A stretch of DNA of 64,000 bases, from positions 2,890 through 66,889 of the forward strand of contig CAJUOD010000002.1 in the NCBI GenBank assembly GCA_910587875.1, read 5' to 3'. This document shows, piece after piece, positions 48,647-59,116 of the stretch. A program made the translations under genes and the position numbers. The notes below the pieces were generated by a model, which did not search any database, was not told the origin of the DNA, and was given only the letters and a program-made list of their open reading frames with translations. Numbering within the stretch: position 1 is the stretch's first letter; each line of letters begins with the position of its first letter. This DNA is from an uncultured Oscillibacter sp. GTDB lineage: Bacteria; Bacillota; Clostridia; Oscillospirales; Oscillospiraceae.

Positions 48647-49435
48647 ATGTCCCATACCCCTAGAAATAGAAAATGTGCTGGAACTTTGGCGGTTCAACGC
48701 AAGAACGACATTAAAACCCTGATGCTGGAACAGAAGTCCATGACGGTCTCTGCCCTGTCGGAGCACTTCGGCGTGACATATGAAACCATTCGTCGAGATC
48801 TGGAGGCTTTGGAAAAGGAGGGTTTTTTGCGAAAAGTCTACGGAGGAGCGGCCCTTAATGTGCGCGTACAAAATGAGGTGGGCTTCACCACTCTGGTGGG
48901 GTTGTTCTCTGAGAGCAAACAGCTCATTGCCCAAAAGGCCGCCAATTTTATCCGGCAGAACGACTGCATCTATCTGGACGCTTCCACTACCGCCTACCAC
49001 ATCGTCTCAGAGATCGCGGACAGAAATCTGACGGTTATGACCAACTCTCTCAAAGCCCTCTCCAAATTGTCCGAGTGCCCCTCCATCAACGTGGTCGCCC
49101 TGGGCGGGACGCTGAACCGGCTTAGTTTCAGCTTTCTGGGGGCGAGCACGTGCTCCCAGCTTATGAATTTTCATCTGGATAAGGCCTTCATTTCCTGCAG
49201 CGCGCTGGACAAGACCTATGGCCTCAGCGACAAACGCGAGGAAAGCGCGACCCTCCACAAGGCAATTATTGAAAGCTCCAATGAAGTTTTCCTGGTGGTG
49301 GACCACACCAAATTTGACAAGGTTTCTTTTGCTAGATTTGCGGATTTCAAGAAGGTGAAGGCTGTTATTACGGATCATCCCCTCAGCGAGGAGTGGACCG
49401 TCTTCCTGCGGGAGAACAATATTGCCTGGTATTAA
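48647..49435 (+). CDS. DeoR/GlpR-family regulator
   Basis: FGVTYETIRRDL, IYLDASTT, VMTNS, DHTKF; divergent from the operon. Confidence 0.93.
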   Translation: MSHTPRNRKCAGTLAVQRKNDIKTLMLEQKSMTVSALSEHFGVTYETIRRDLEALEKEGFLRKVYGGAALNVRVQNEVGFTTLVGLFSESKQLIAQKAANFIRQNDCIYLDASTTAYHIVSEIADRNLTVMTNSLKALSKLSECPSINVVALGGTLNRLSFSFLGASTCSQLMNFHLDKAFISCSALDKTYGLSDKREESATLHKAIIESSNEVFLVVDHTKFDKVSFARFADFKKVKAVITDHPLSEEWTVFLRENNIAWY

Positions 49436-50095
49436 AAAAGTCACCCTCAGATGCCGGTCTATACGTAAGCGATCTTGACCTCATTGTGGTCCAGCGGAGC
49501 CGCGCCGATAGGCGCGGCTCCATACTTCGTATGGCCTGTGGAGCGCGTGTGACGAGCGGCGTCGTGAGGAAGGAAACGCCGAAAGGTGCGCGTTTCTTGT
49601 GCGGGGCGAGCTGCCTGGACCGGCAATAAGCCGGCGAACCAGACAACCGCCTCGCGGAGTGCGCGCGTACATTGCCGCTGCATAGAAGCGCGCCGCTGTC
49701 CGCTGACACGCTGAAGGACTTCCGGCTTAACGTGGCTTATGAAGCCGCTTGAACGAACCCTCGCCGGGTTGAGGATGGGGTCCCATTGGATCCGATCTTG
49801 TGCTAGTCCCGGCATTTGATTTATCCACTTATAGGATCCGCTGGAAACAAAAAAGCCCCCGTCGATCCTGTGTTGGATCGCTGGGGCTTCACGCGGTTTA
49901 TGCAGGGGCGGCGTGTCCGATCTTCTCCGGGGGAAGGGCCTCCTCCTTGAGAAATGCGCCGCTAGAGTTTCAGCTTTCTGGCAGTACATGTTGGAACGGC
50001 CAGACAATCCGAATAGAAACCGTCTTCCTTTTCGGCCCCAAACCCGGCGAAGCGGATTTCGGATGAAAGCAAAGAAAAGCTGTCCGGCGTATGAA

Positions 50096-50133
50096 AAAAG
50101 CCCTAAGGCTTTTTCATCGCCTTAGGGCTTTTC
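50096..50133. repeat. Palindromic repeat, copy 2
   Basis: AAAAGCCCTAAGGCTTTTTCATCGCCTTAGGGCTTTTC. Confidence 0.7.
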
Positions 50134-50322
50134 TTGGGCCGTCGTGTGTTACCAAAAAAGATGCGGATCTGTAGCCACAATAAACAATTCCATCTAATCG
50201 AACAACTGGCAGCTGCCGGTTCAGTTATTCACCGTCGGCTAAAAGCCCAGTTATTTCAATGGATACAATGCAAAGCGGAGCCGGCTTTCGATAAAAAGTT
50301 CGAAAAGCGGCTCCGCTTCAGT

Positions 50323-50862
50323 TTATTGATCCAGAAAATGATGGCCGGTCAAATCGTCAAATGCGTCAGATATCGTTTTTTCAGAAAAGTGCGGCTTTAT
50401 TTTTTGTACCGCTTGGCATATCTCTGCTTTAGACCCGCTCCAGCGGTTGTTTTTGAATGACAAGGCCACGAAGACCGTTGTTGAGTACAGCTCCAGCTCC
50501 TTTGCCGTTTTGTCTTTAAAGAAATTAACTACATGATCAATCTCGTCGTTGTACTGAGAGAGAACCTCTGCGCCGCTTATTTGGCCGCTGTTGTTTCCGG
50601 CGCTGATCTGATATCCGTTCATTCCATTGGGATAGGTCACAGGAACTATCTTTATATAGTCCGAAAACTCTGCATATTCAATGTCACTCATGACCGTCTG
50701 ACAGTATGGTCCGTAAGTGTATATCTCAAAGTCGTAAGCCAGAGGGACCTGATACACAGCTTGTAATAAGTAAAGAAATTTCATCATACCTGTTTTGCCG
50801 ATATTGGAGTCCCTCTTGGCAATCTCTGTTATAAAAGCAAGCCGTTCCTGCGTTCTCATCAA
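50323..50862 (-). CDS. YwgA/Panacea(SocA)-like protein
   Basis: GKTGMMKFLYLLQ..YDFEIYTYGPY..ELELYST. Confidence 0.75.
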   Translation of the reverse strand: MMRTQERLAFITEIAKRDSNIGKTGMMKFLYLLQAVYQVPLAYDFEIYTYGPYCQTVMSDIEYAEFSDYIKIVPVTYPNGMNGYQISAGNNSGQISGAEVLSQYNDEIDHVVNFFKDKTAKELELYSTTVFVALSFKNNRWSGSKAEICQAVQKIKPHFSEKTISDAFDDLTGHHFLDQ

Positions 50863-50869
50863 AATTCCC

Positions 50870-51958
50870 TCACTTTTTCTCAGTATAAAGACGCTTCATT
50901 CTTGGCGCGTCGACCATATGCCGGACAATGGGAGATATCCCGCTCAGTTCCTTTACGTAACCGGAGGACTTGTCGCATATCAAAATATCCTTATCCAGCT
51001 TGTACCAGCTTGTCTTGGCTTCATCTTCAAAATAATCGACGCCGTTTTTCTGGAGCTCTTTCCGTAGCTGATCAAATTTCTCTTCCTCCTGTAGAGTTGG
51101 CAGCAGGCTTGTTTCATACTTTTTCCTGTAATGGCGGCGCTCCAAAATGAGCTGGCTGTGCTTTCCACCCAGGCCTTCCTTGATCTTGCCATACATCGAC
51201 CAGTCATCCAACTGAACATAATCCCCTAGATGATCGGGAGAGGGATAAAAGCCTCCGAAGGCCGGATAGGCGTGCTCCAAAATCTCCTTTACCGCGTAAC
51301 TGACATGATGGTCATAAGCCCGGCGGGTCTTGTGGAAATAAACTTGAGAAAACATTTGATATCTGGCCAGCACAAGGCTTTCAGCAATGTGCCATCCGCC
51401 CTTTTGGACCGCAAGTACCAAATCTCCTGTTTCTTCCATCTGCCCGATGTCAATGCAGTTGATGAGCCGATCTTTGTCATACAAGCCGTAATTGACGCCT
51501 GTATGGATGGAGTCCCGGAGGAGATAATCGGCCCGGTCCACGTCAAGCTGCCCGGAAATAATTCCTTTGAACAATAAAAGAATCCCCTGAAAGGAGCACT
51601 TTGTGGAGTCGCCGAGGAGTGCCGTGACTTCCTCGGTTTTTATTTGGTAATTTGCGTTGATGGGATGATCTTCAATGATATCTTTAAAATATCGTTTAAT
51701 GATTGCGATACTATATTCCTCATGATCGTAACGTTTATGCATCAAGGAGCCCTTAAATGGCATGAGGTCTTCACCAGTGTGGGAAAACGGAGCATGTCCG
51801 ATATCGTGCAGAAGCGCGGCCAAACGGATAATCTTGCGGTACCGGTCAAACCCGCCTTCATTAAGGCGGTACTGTTCCTGCAGCAGCTTCCGCGCCCGCT
51901 CCTTGCTGATGATGCTGTTGTATATGTCGGTAGCCATCTGCATCACGCCGAAGGAATG
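50870..51958 (-). pseudogene. 5'-truncated HD-domain dNTP triphosphohydrolase-like gene (YwfO/SAMHD1-like)
   Basis: Starts abruptly at HSFGVMQMA; LLHDIGHAPFSH, LDVDRADYLLRDS, RYQMFSQVYFH. Confidence 0.8.
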
Positions 51959-53039
51959 CCCCTCCTGCTAGAGAGGCCAAGACACTACCTATCGTGTAGG
52001 TCATCGCCATATATGCCTGGCCCTTTATGGCGTCCTCCGCCCGAATTACCTGATTCACGTAGTAAACCGGGACGATAGAGATCAGCCCCCAGCCCAGCAT
52101 CTGGAAAAGCTGCACAGCGTATAGGGCTCCCATGGATGAGACCAGCAGGGTTCCCATGCTTTTCAGCGCAATCGCGGTTCCGCAGATTTTGAACCAGAAG
52201 CCGCACCCCGCCTTTTTCAGCATCCTCGCGAAAAATAGCATGGGCGGAATTTCAATCAGTCCGCACATGGATGTAATCAGCCCGACCTCCGCGCTTCCGC
52301 CGCCCTTGGTCTGGATAATCTGATATAAAAATGTGTTAATCAAAGCATGGCTGACGTACAGCATTACGGTACCCGCCAGCACGATGAGGAAACGTGGATA
52401 TTCTTTGAAGAAAACCGCAGGGGAAGACGGCTCCGCTTTTTGCTCTTCCACACCTGTCAAGGCTCGTTTCTGAAAGGGGTACCGCCATACGCAGAAGGTG
52501 AGGACCCCATAGCCTAAAGCGATGCAGACCGGGATAACAATTACGCCGGCCCGCGGCACCAGGATTCCCAAAAGGCAGGAAGCTGCCGCATAGACAATGG
52601 AGCCGATCCCCCTGGAAAGCCTCCAATTCAGCGAATATCCCTGATTCAGCATTTCCGTTCCGAGGGAGTTGATGAAGGGCAGCAGAAATTGGAGAACAGC
52701 CACACAGCCGCCAAAGAGCAGACCCGTCAAAAACGGCGAACGTCGGTGCGCGGCGCACACCGCTATCCCCATCAGCAGGGCCGCAAAACATGTGACGGCC
52801 ACAATCATTTTCAAGGAAGGAGCGGTGGGCCGGTCCGCATACGCGGCGACGATTGGCTGAACAACAGCGGCAGCGATCCCGGAAGCAGCTATGATCATGC
52901 CGATCTGCACGTTTGTCAGGCCGCAATCCAGCAGATAGACGCTGGAAAACGCCAGCACGCTTGCGAAGTTTATCCAGTAGAAACTTTGAACGAGAGAATA
53001 GCTGACAGTTAAAGAACGGTTGACGGTCTGGGATTTCAT
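51959..53039 (-). pseudogene. 3'-truncated MFS transporter
   Basis: MFS helices up to GSVLASLAGG, then reads out of frame into the HD gene. Confidence 0.75.
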
Positions 53040-53135
53040 TGGATAAGTTTCCTTTCACATAGCCCACGTAAAGGTTTCTTCTGTGAACTCTTTACATAGT
53101 CAAACGTGTTTGGGGCAGTCCTGCACTCTGAGAAT

Positions 53136-54698
53136 TCACCATTTCCAGGGGAGCTCTTTCAGAAACTTCTCCGCATTGCGATAGGACACGCCGCCTTCAA
53201 TACTCTTGTTCTCGCCGAGATAGAGAACATACTTTCCTACTAGTTTCCCGAAGCGGCGCTCCGTGAGCGCGCATTTCTCCACGTCCAGCAGATGCCGGGA
53301 CTGTTCAGCTACAGCCTGACGGCTGTGCTTGATCTCAAATGCGGCACAGCAATTCTCCTCCCGGTCATAGACCAACATGTCAAACTCCCCGCTGGCGAAC
53401 TGGAGCTTGCAGACCTTGTACCGGCTGCCCAGAGCTTTGGAAGTTTCCAGCAGGATGATGTCCTCCAGCATCCGCCCCCGGACCTCTTCCAGGATTCGGC
53501 CGGTGATAGCCTCCCGTTCCTTTTCACTCAGGCTGAGAAACAGCTCGTCCTTCATCAAAGCGTGGACAAGCGCCTGGGCCTGGCAGTAACGCATTCCGGG
53601 CTGTGTGAAGAGAATGTGTTCCACGGGTTCGCTGGCGGGTTCCGTCGTTTCGATGGGGCAGTCCACGATCAAATCCAGAGCAGTGAGGTATTCCTTGATT
53701 TCCACAGCATGGGCTTTCGTAATAGGTACTGTCTGCTCCTGCCGATTGCGGATCTCCAGAATATCCATAAGCCGTTGGGTAACAGTTTCCGTATCGATTT
53801 CATCCAGAGCGGTGGTCCGCTTTTCCGGGTTACGCTCTTTCCGAAGGTTCCTTGCCGCCAACCCCAAATCATGAGACAGGAAGTCACGGGTCAGCACCGA
53901 CACCAAGAAGGCGTGGTTCATATCCTCAATGATCCGGTTGATGGCCCCCGTCAGTTCCCCAGCCTCATAGAGCGGACGCAGGTGCCGGAAGTGCCCGCCG
54001 TCCTCGCAGCAAGCCAGCGAATGCTGGATGTTCTTGCAGATGGCGGTGTCGATATACCGCCGGGTGGACTCATCATCCCGAAAGGAGGCGTCCTCGGCAT
54101 TTACCTCGGCATCATCAAAGGCCAATTCCCCGGCCCGGAGGGTTCCGCCATAGCGGATGTACTCGTCGATCTGGTCGATTCCCAGGAGGCGGCTGTGCTC
54201 CCGATAGGGGATGAAGGTGGTGTGGATCATCTTCGCCCGGTCGTAGAGCTCCTGGTGGAGCGCAAACCAGAATCCCAGGGAATCCGTGCCGGACAGGACG
54301 ATCTTCATGCCCTGGGCGGCATAGATATCGGACAGGAGGGCGGCGGAGTCGATGAAGTCCCGCATCAGCGTGACCTCGTCCAGGAGTACAAAGTGGAAAC
54401 CCAGGGACCGGAGCTGTTCCATATCCCGGTTCAGGTCCGCGATGGTATCCCGCTTCGTAGCCTTGATATAGGCCGTTTTCGCCACGTCCTCCGGCGTCAT
54501 GTCCAACACAGCCTGGCGGAGCAGAGTGGTTTTCCCCGTCCGTCTGAGTCCGAAGAGTAAGCAAACCCGGTCGCATTCGGCATCGTACAGATAATTGTTT
54601 AACTGGCGGTAGCAGTCCCGCTTTTGCCATCCCCGGACATTCTCGGACAGGGCCAGCAGTGCCGCTCCGGTCACAACGTTGGTTTTGAACTCTGACAT
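53136..54698 (-). CDS. AAA_14-like ATPase with C-terminal PD-(D/E)xK-like motif
   Basis: GLRRTGKT, LLDEVT, C-terminal GEFDML..FEIKHS. Confidence 0.85.
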   Translation of the reverse strand: MSEFKTNVVTGAALLALSENVRGWQKRDCYRQLNNYLYDAECDRVCLLFGLRRTGKTTLLRQAVLDMTPEDVAKTAYIKATKRDTIADLNRDMEQLRSLGFHFVLLDEVTLMRDFIDSAALLSDIYAAQGMKIVLSGTDSLGFWFALHQELYDRAKMIHTTFIPYREHSRLLGIDQIDEYIRYGGTLRAGELAFDDAEVNAEDASFRDDESTRRYIDTAICKNIQHSLACCEDGGHFRHLRPLYEAGELTGAINRIIEDMNHAFLVSVLTRDFLSHDLGLAARNLRKERNPEKRTTALDEIDTETVTQRLMDILEIRNRQEQTVPITKAHAVEIKEYLTALDLIVDCPIETTEPASEPVEHILFTQPGMRYCQAQALVHALMKDELFLSLSEKEREAITGRILEEVRGRMLEDIILLETSKALGSRYKVCKLQFASGEFDMLVYDREENCCAAFEIKHSRQAVAEQSRHLLDVEKCALTERRFGKLVGKYVLYLGENKSIEGGVSYRNAEKFLKELPWKW

Positions 54699-54723
54699 TT
54701 TCCACACCTCTCTCCTGCTGGTC

Positions 54724-55293
54724 TTAGACTTCCTGTTTTGCCCAGTGTATCACATCCGGGGCCGCAAGTCGAGAGAAATTCGCCTGTGAATGGTCTTTCG
54801 GCGTGGCGGCGCTTGAAACATCTATATCAGAAAGAGGCAGTTGCTCCTCTACGGCTTCGGTGGAACAAAGGGGCGGTGTGTTATCCTCTTGTGTCCCCTT
54901 AGTGATTTTCTCCAGAAGTTCAGTTTTGGACCAATGAAATCGGCGGACAGCGGCGATATACCTGGCACGCTCCTCAGTGGTTACGCAGTTTTCCAGAATG
55001 ACAATATTCTGCGTCCATCCAATGGTCATGGTCTGGGCCAGCACTTGCGGTGCGTTCTCATAGGCGCGGTAAAACTCCCGCATCCGGCGGAGATTTCTGG
55101 GAGAGAAGCCGGAGACATCAGGGTACGCGCCAGATAGATACTTCGCAGCGGCAACAGCGGCGCCTTTCTCTGGCCTGTCACTGACCAACCGGCCAATCCC
55201 GCAGTACAGTTCTATCTGCGGCCGATCCGCCACCATCAGGGCATCTAGCGCCGCGAACATGGCGCTGTAGTCAATCGGTTTCCTGATATTCAT
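54724..55293 (-). CDS. DUF1016/YhcG N-terminal-domain protein, possibly truncated
   Basis: GFSPRNLRRMREFY, IGWTQN..IL, WSK.EL. Confidence 0.75.
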   Translation of the reverse strand: MNIRKPIDYSAMFAALDALMVADRPQIELYCGIGRLVSDRPEKGAAVAAAKYLSGAYPDVSGFSPRNLRRMREFYRAYENAPQVLAQTMTIGWTQNIVILENCVTTEERARYIAAVRRFHWSKTELLEKITKGTQEDNTPPLCSTEAVEEQLPLSDIDVSSAATPKDHSQANFSRLAAPDVIHWAKQEV

Positions 55294-55338
55294 AGGGCTT
55301 CCTCCTTCCTTCATTCCGCTCTCTTTAGGCCACTGAAA

Positions 55339-55364
55339 AGGGGCTGTTCATCTGAACAGCCCCT
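55339..55364. terminator. Hairpin terminator after treC
   Basis: AGGGGCTGTTCA-TC-TGAACAGCCCCT. Confidence 0.7.
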
Positions 55365-55370
55365 CCCCTT

Positions 55371-56996
55371 TTATCTGCATGCTTTGTAGACAGCCGCCTC
55401 GTAGGGCCGGAGAACTTTGGAAGCATCCGCATAATTCCCCAGCACCTTCTCACAGCCCGCCCAGGGCACATCGCCCAGGGTCACCTCGTGTCCGGTGAGA
55501 TTGTTCACCACAAACAGATCTTGGGTCCCCAGGAAGCGTCGGTAGGAGAACACCTCCGGCACATCCCGAAACAGGAACTCAATTTGTCCCGCGGCGATGA
55601 CCGGCTCTTCCTTGCGCAGTTGAACAAGTCGCTTGTAGTATTGCAGGATGGAATCCGGGTCCCGGAGCTCCGCCTCGGCGTTGATGGTCTGGTAATTCTC
55701 CGGCGGCAGAATCCAGGGCGTCCCGTCGGTGAAACCCGCATTTGGGCTTCCATCCCACTGCATAGGCGTCCTTCCGTTGTCCCTGGACCGCTGGCGCAGG
55801 ACCTCCAGGGCTTCCGCCTCAGTCTTCCCCGCCTCCAGCATAATCCGGTAGTAGTTCAGGCTCTCCACGTCCCGGTACTGCTCAATGGAGGCATGCCCGG
55901 CGTTGGTCATGCCCAGCTCCTCCCCCTGGTAGACGTAGGGCGTGCCCCGGAGGAGGTGGACACAGGTGGCCAGCATCTTGGCGGACTGCTTCCAATACTT
56001 CCCGTCGTCCCCGAACCGGGACACCGCCCGGGGCTGGTCGTGGTTGCACCAGAAGACCGCGTTCCAGCCCCCGGCCCGCTGCATTTCCAGCTGCCAGGTG
56101 GTCAGCAGGTCCTTGAGCCGCCCCAGGTCCGGCGGTTGGAGCTCCCACTTGTTCCCGTCCTTGTAGTCCACCTTCAGGTGGTGGAAGCTGAAGGTCATGG
56201 ACAGCTCCTTCTCCGCCGGATTCGTGTAGCGGACGCAGTTGTCCAAGGAGGTGGAGGACATCTCCCCCACCGTCACCATGTCCCCGATGTCTGCGTCCGC
56301 CACCATCTCTTTCAAGTACTCGTGAATATGGGGCCCGTCGGTGTAGAAGCGCCGCCCGTCGCCCTGGTGGTCGTCTTCAAAGACGGCGGGTTTGGAAATC
56401 AGGTTCACCACGTCAAAGCGGAAGCCCTTGACGCCCTTGGCCTTCCAGAAGCGGAGAACGTCCTTCAACTCCCCCCGGACCTCTGGGTTATCCCAATTCA
56501 AATCCGCCTGGGTCCGGTCATAGAGATGCAGATACCACTTGCCCAGCTCCGGCACGTACTCCCAAGCGCTGCCGCCAAACTTGGATTCCCAGTTGGTGGG
56601 GGGCGCGTCCAGCCCACCCTCCCGGAAGATATAGTAGTCCTGATACTTCTTTTCCCCCGCCAGGGCCTGGCGAAACCAGGCGTGTTCTGTGGAGGTGTGA
56701 TTGAACACCATGTCGAACATCAGCCCCAGGCCCCGCTTTTCCGCCTCGGCTATCAGTTCTTCCACGTCCTCCATGGTTCCAAAGGCCGGGTCCACGGACA
56801 GGTAGTCCGCGATGTCATAGCCGTTGTCGTTGAGGGGGGATTTGTAGAAGGGGGTCAGCCAGAGGTAATTCACCCCCAGGTCCCGGAGATAGTCCAGCTT
56901 CTCAATGACGCCCCGGAGGTCCCCCAGGCCGTCGCCGTTGGAGTCCCGGAAGGACTTGGTGTAAATTTGGTAGACAACTTTGTCTTTGAAATCCAT
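55371..56996 (-). CDS. treC: Trehalose-6-phosphate hydrolase (GH13)
   Basis: YQIY.KSF.DSNGDG, DMVFNHTS, GFRFDVVN, TVGEMSST, WCNHDQPR. Confidence 0.93.
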   Translation of the reverse strand: MDFKDKVVYQIYTKSFRDSNGDGLGDLRGVIEKLDYLRDLGVNYLWLTPFYKSPLNDNGYDIADYLSVDPAFGTMEDVEELIAEAEKRGLGLMFDMVFNHTSTEHAWFRQALAGEKKYQDYYIFREGGLDAPPTNWESKFGGSAWEYVPELGKWYLHLYDRTQADLNWDNPEVRGELKDVLRFWKAKGVKGFRFDVVNLISKPAVFEDDHQGDGRRFYTDGPHIHEYLKEMVADADIGDMVTVGEMSSTSLDNCVRYTNPAEKELSMTFSFHHLKVDYKDGNKWELQPPDLGRLKDLLTTWQLEMQRAGGWNAVFWCNHDQPRAVSRFGDDGKYWKQSAKMLATCVHLLRGTPYVYQGEELGMTNAGHASIEQYRDVESLNYYRIMLEAGKTEAEALEVLRQRSRDNGRTPMQWDGSPNAGFTDGTPWILPPENYQTINAEAELRDPDSILQYYKRLVQLRKEEPVIAAGQIEFLFRDVPEVFSYRRFLGTQDLFVVNNLTGHEVTLGDVPWAGCEKVLGNYADASKVLRPYEAAVYKACR

Positions 56997-57002
56997 CGTA
57001 TC

Positions 57003-58931
57003 TCACTCTCCAATTTCCGCAATGATTCCCTGTCCCGCCTGGAGCTCCTGGCCCGGCTGGAACCGGAGGGCCTGCCCGGCATCGTCGGTAACCACCAGCA
57101 TGGTGGTAAGAGGATGCCCGGCGGCCTTGATCTTCTCCGGGTCAAAGGCGATGAGCTTCTCTTCCCGCTTCACCCGCTGGCCCTCCTTCACCAGGGCCTT
57201 GAAGCCGTCACCGTTCATGTCCACGGTGTCCAGGCCGATGTGGAGCAGGATCTCCGCCCCGTTATCCAGCAGGAGGCCGCAGGCGTGGAAGCTGTCCTCG
57301 CTGACCATGGTGATTTTGCCGTCGGCGGGAGCCAGGAGCACGCTGTCCGTGGGCTCCATGGCCACGCCCTCCCCCAGGGTCTTCTGGGAGAACACCTGGT
57401 CGGGCACCTCGGTGATGTCCAGCACTTTGCCGGAAACAAAGGCACTCAGCTCCACTTTTCCGGCGGTGACGGCCGTGAGCTCAGACTGTACCTCGGCCTC
57501 TACGGAAACGGGGCCCATGTCGGCGGGGGACAGCTTCTTCTTGCCGGCAATGTAGGTCAGGACAAAGGGGACCACGATGGCGATGGCCATACACAGGGCG
57601 AAGCTCCCAATATAGGCGGGCTGGATGGACAGGATGCCCGGCAGGCCGCCCACGCCGATGGAGGAGGCCGTGGTGCTGGTGGCCACGCTGACCACCGCCG
57701 CGCAGGCGGAGCCGATCATGCCGCAGAGGAAGGGGAATCTGTACTTGAGGTTGACACCGAACATGGCAGGCTCCGTCACGCCCAGGTAGCAGGAGATGCA
57801 GGAGGGGACGTTGACCTCCTGGGCGTCGGCGTTCTTCCGCTGGAGGGCAATCATGCCGAGGCCGGCGGAGCCCTGGGCGATGTTAGAAAGGGCGATCATG
57901 GGCCAGAGCATGGTGCCGCCGAAGTCCGCCGTCAGCTGCATGTCAATGGCGTTGGACATGTGGTGAAGGCCCGTAATCACCAGGGGCGCGTAGACGAAGC
58001 CGAACACGGCGCCGAAGACCACCTTCAAAGAACCGGAGATACCCGCGTACACAACGGCGGAGATCACGGAGCCGATCTTCCAGCCGATGGGACCCAGGAC
58101 AAAGTGGGCGGCTATGACGGACAAAAGCAGGCTGCAGAACGGGACTACAATCATACTGATCACCGGAGGCGTGATCTTCCGGAAGAACTTTTCCAGGTAC
58201 ACCAGGGTAAACGCCGCCAGGATGGCGGGAATCACCTGGGCCTGATAGCCGATCATGTTCACCTGGAAAAAGCCGAAGTCCCAGCAGGGGATGCTTTCCG
58301 CGGAGGCCACGCCGTAGGCGTTCAGCAGCTGGCCGGACACCAGGGTGAGGCCCAGGACGATGCCCAGCATCTGGGTGGTGCCCATCTTCTTGGTGACGGA
58401 CCAGCAGATGCCCACGGGCAGCATGTAGAACACCGCCTCGCCGATGAGCCAGAGGAAGCTGTCCAGTCCCGACCAGAACTGGCTGAGGTCGCAGAGGGTC
58501 TTGGTTCCGTTCTCAAATAAGTACAAACTGTCGATGCAGTTGCGGAAGCCCAGGATCAGGCCGCCGGTAATCAGCGCCGGGATGATGGGGGCGAAGATTT
58601 CCGCCAGGGCCGCCATGATCCGCTGGAGGGCGTTCTGGTTCTGCTGGGCGGCCTTTTTCACCTGGTCCTTAGACACGCCCTCCACACCGGCTACCGCCAC
58701 GAAGTCGTTGTAGAAGTCCGACACGGTGTTGCCGATGATGACCTGGAACTGCCCCGCCTGGGTGAAGGTACCCTTCACCACCTTCATGGCCTCGATGCCC
58801 TTCACGTCGGCTTTGGCCGGGTCGTTGAGGACGAAGCGCATTCTTGTGACACAATGCGAAACCGCCGCGATGTTTTCCTTGCCGCCCACCAACGCCAGAA
58901 GCTGCGCGCTGTCCTGCTGATACTTTCCCAT
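57003..58931 (-). CDS. treB: PTS trehalose EIIBCA
   Basis: HCVTRMRF, TGLHH, GVTEPAMFG, LHIGLDTV; between treC and treR. Confidence 0.92.
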   Translation of the reverse strand: MGKYQQDSAQLLALVGGKENIAAVSHCVTRMRFVLNDPAKADVKGIEAMKVVKGTFTQAGQFQVIIGNTVSDFYNDFVAVAGVEGVSKDQVKKAAQQNQNALQRIMAALAEIFAPIIPALITGGLILGFRNCIDSLYLFENGTKTLCDLSQFWSGLDSFLWLIGEAVFYMLPVGICWSVTKKMGTTQMLGIVLGLTLVSGQLLNAYGVASAESIPCWDFGFFQVNMIGYQAQVIPAILAAFTLVYLEKFFRKITPPVISMIVVPFCSLLLSVIAAHFVLGPIGWKIGSVISAVVYAGISGSLKVVFGAVFGFVYAPLVITGLHHMSNAIDMQLTADFGGTMLWPMIALSNIAQGSAGLGMIALQRKNADAQEVNVPSCISCYLGVTEPAMFGVNLKYRFPFLCGMIGSACAAVVSVATSTTASSIGVGGLPGILSIQPAYIGSFALCMAIAIVVPFVLTYIAGKKKLSPADMGPVSVEAEVQSELTAVTAGKVELSAFVSGKVLDITEVPDQVFSQKTLGEGVAMEPTDSVLLAPADGKITMVSEDSFHACGLLLDNGAEILLHIGLDTVDMNGDGFKALVKEGQRVKREEKLIAFDPEKIKAAGHPLTTMLVVTDDAGQALRFQPGQELQAGQGIIAEIGE

Positions 58932-58955
58932 TCTCTTGAACCTCCCTTTCGGATT

Positions 58956-59102
58956 ACTTGTCTGAACAAGTTTTGATATGGTTATACCATACTTGTTCAA
59001 ACAAGTCAACAGCTTGTTTGAACAACTTGTAAACTTTGGGAGACTGGCTAAAATCCGGTCTTGCGTTTTAGCGCTTTTGACGGTATACTGTTGTTCAAAC
59101 AA
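58956..59102. promoter_or_regulatory. Four TreR operator-like palindromes
   Basis: TTGT-N4-ACAA cores in sites starting at 58956, 58991, 59012 and 59089. Confidence 0.8.
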
Positions 59103-59116
59103 GGGGGGATGACGCA

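Noticed and set aside
49459..50007. 182-aa minus-strand ORF or structured RNA after deoR
   Set aside because: No recognisable motif; the plus frame looks like a stop-interrupted relic and isolated hairpins are not enough to call an RNA
55488..58520. 1010-aa plus-strand ORF
   Set aside because: Antisense shadow of treC/treB in GC-rich DNA, no motifs
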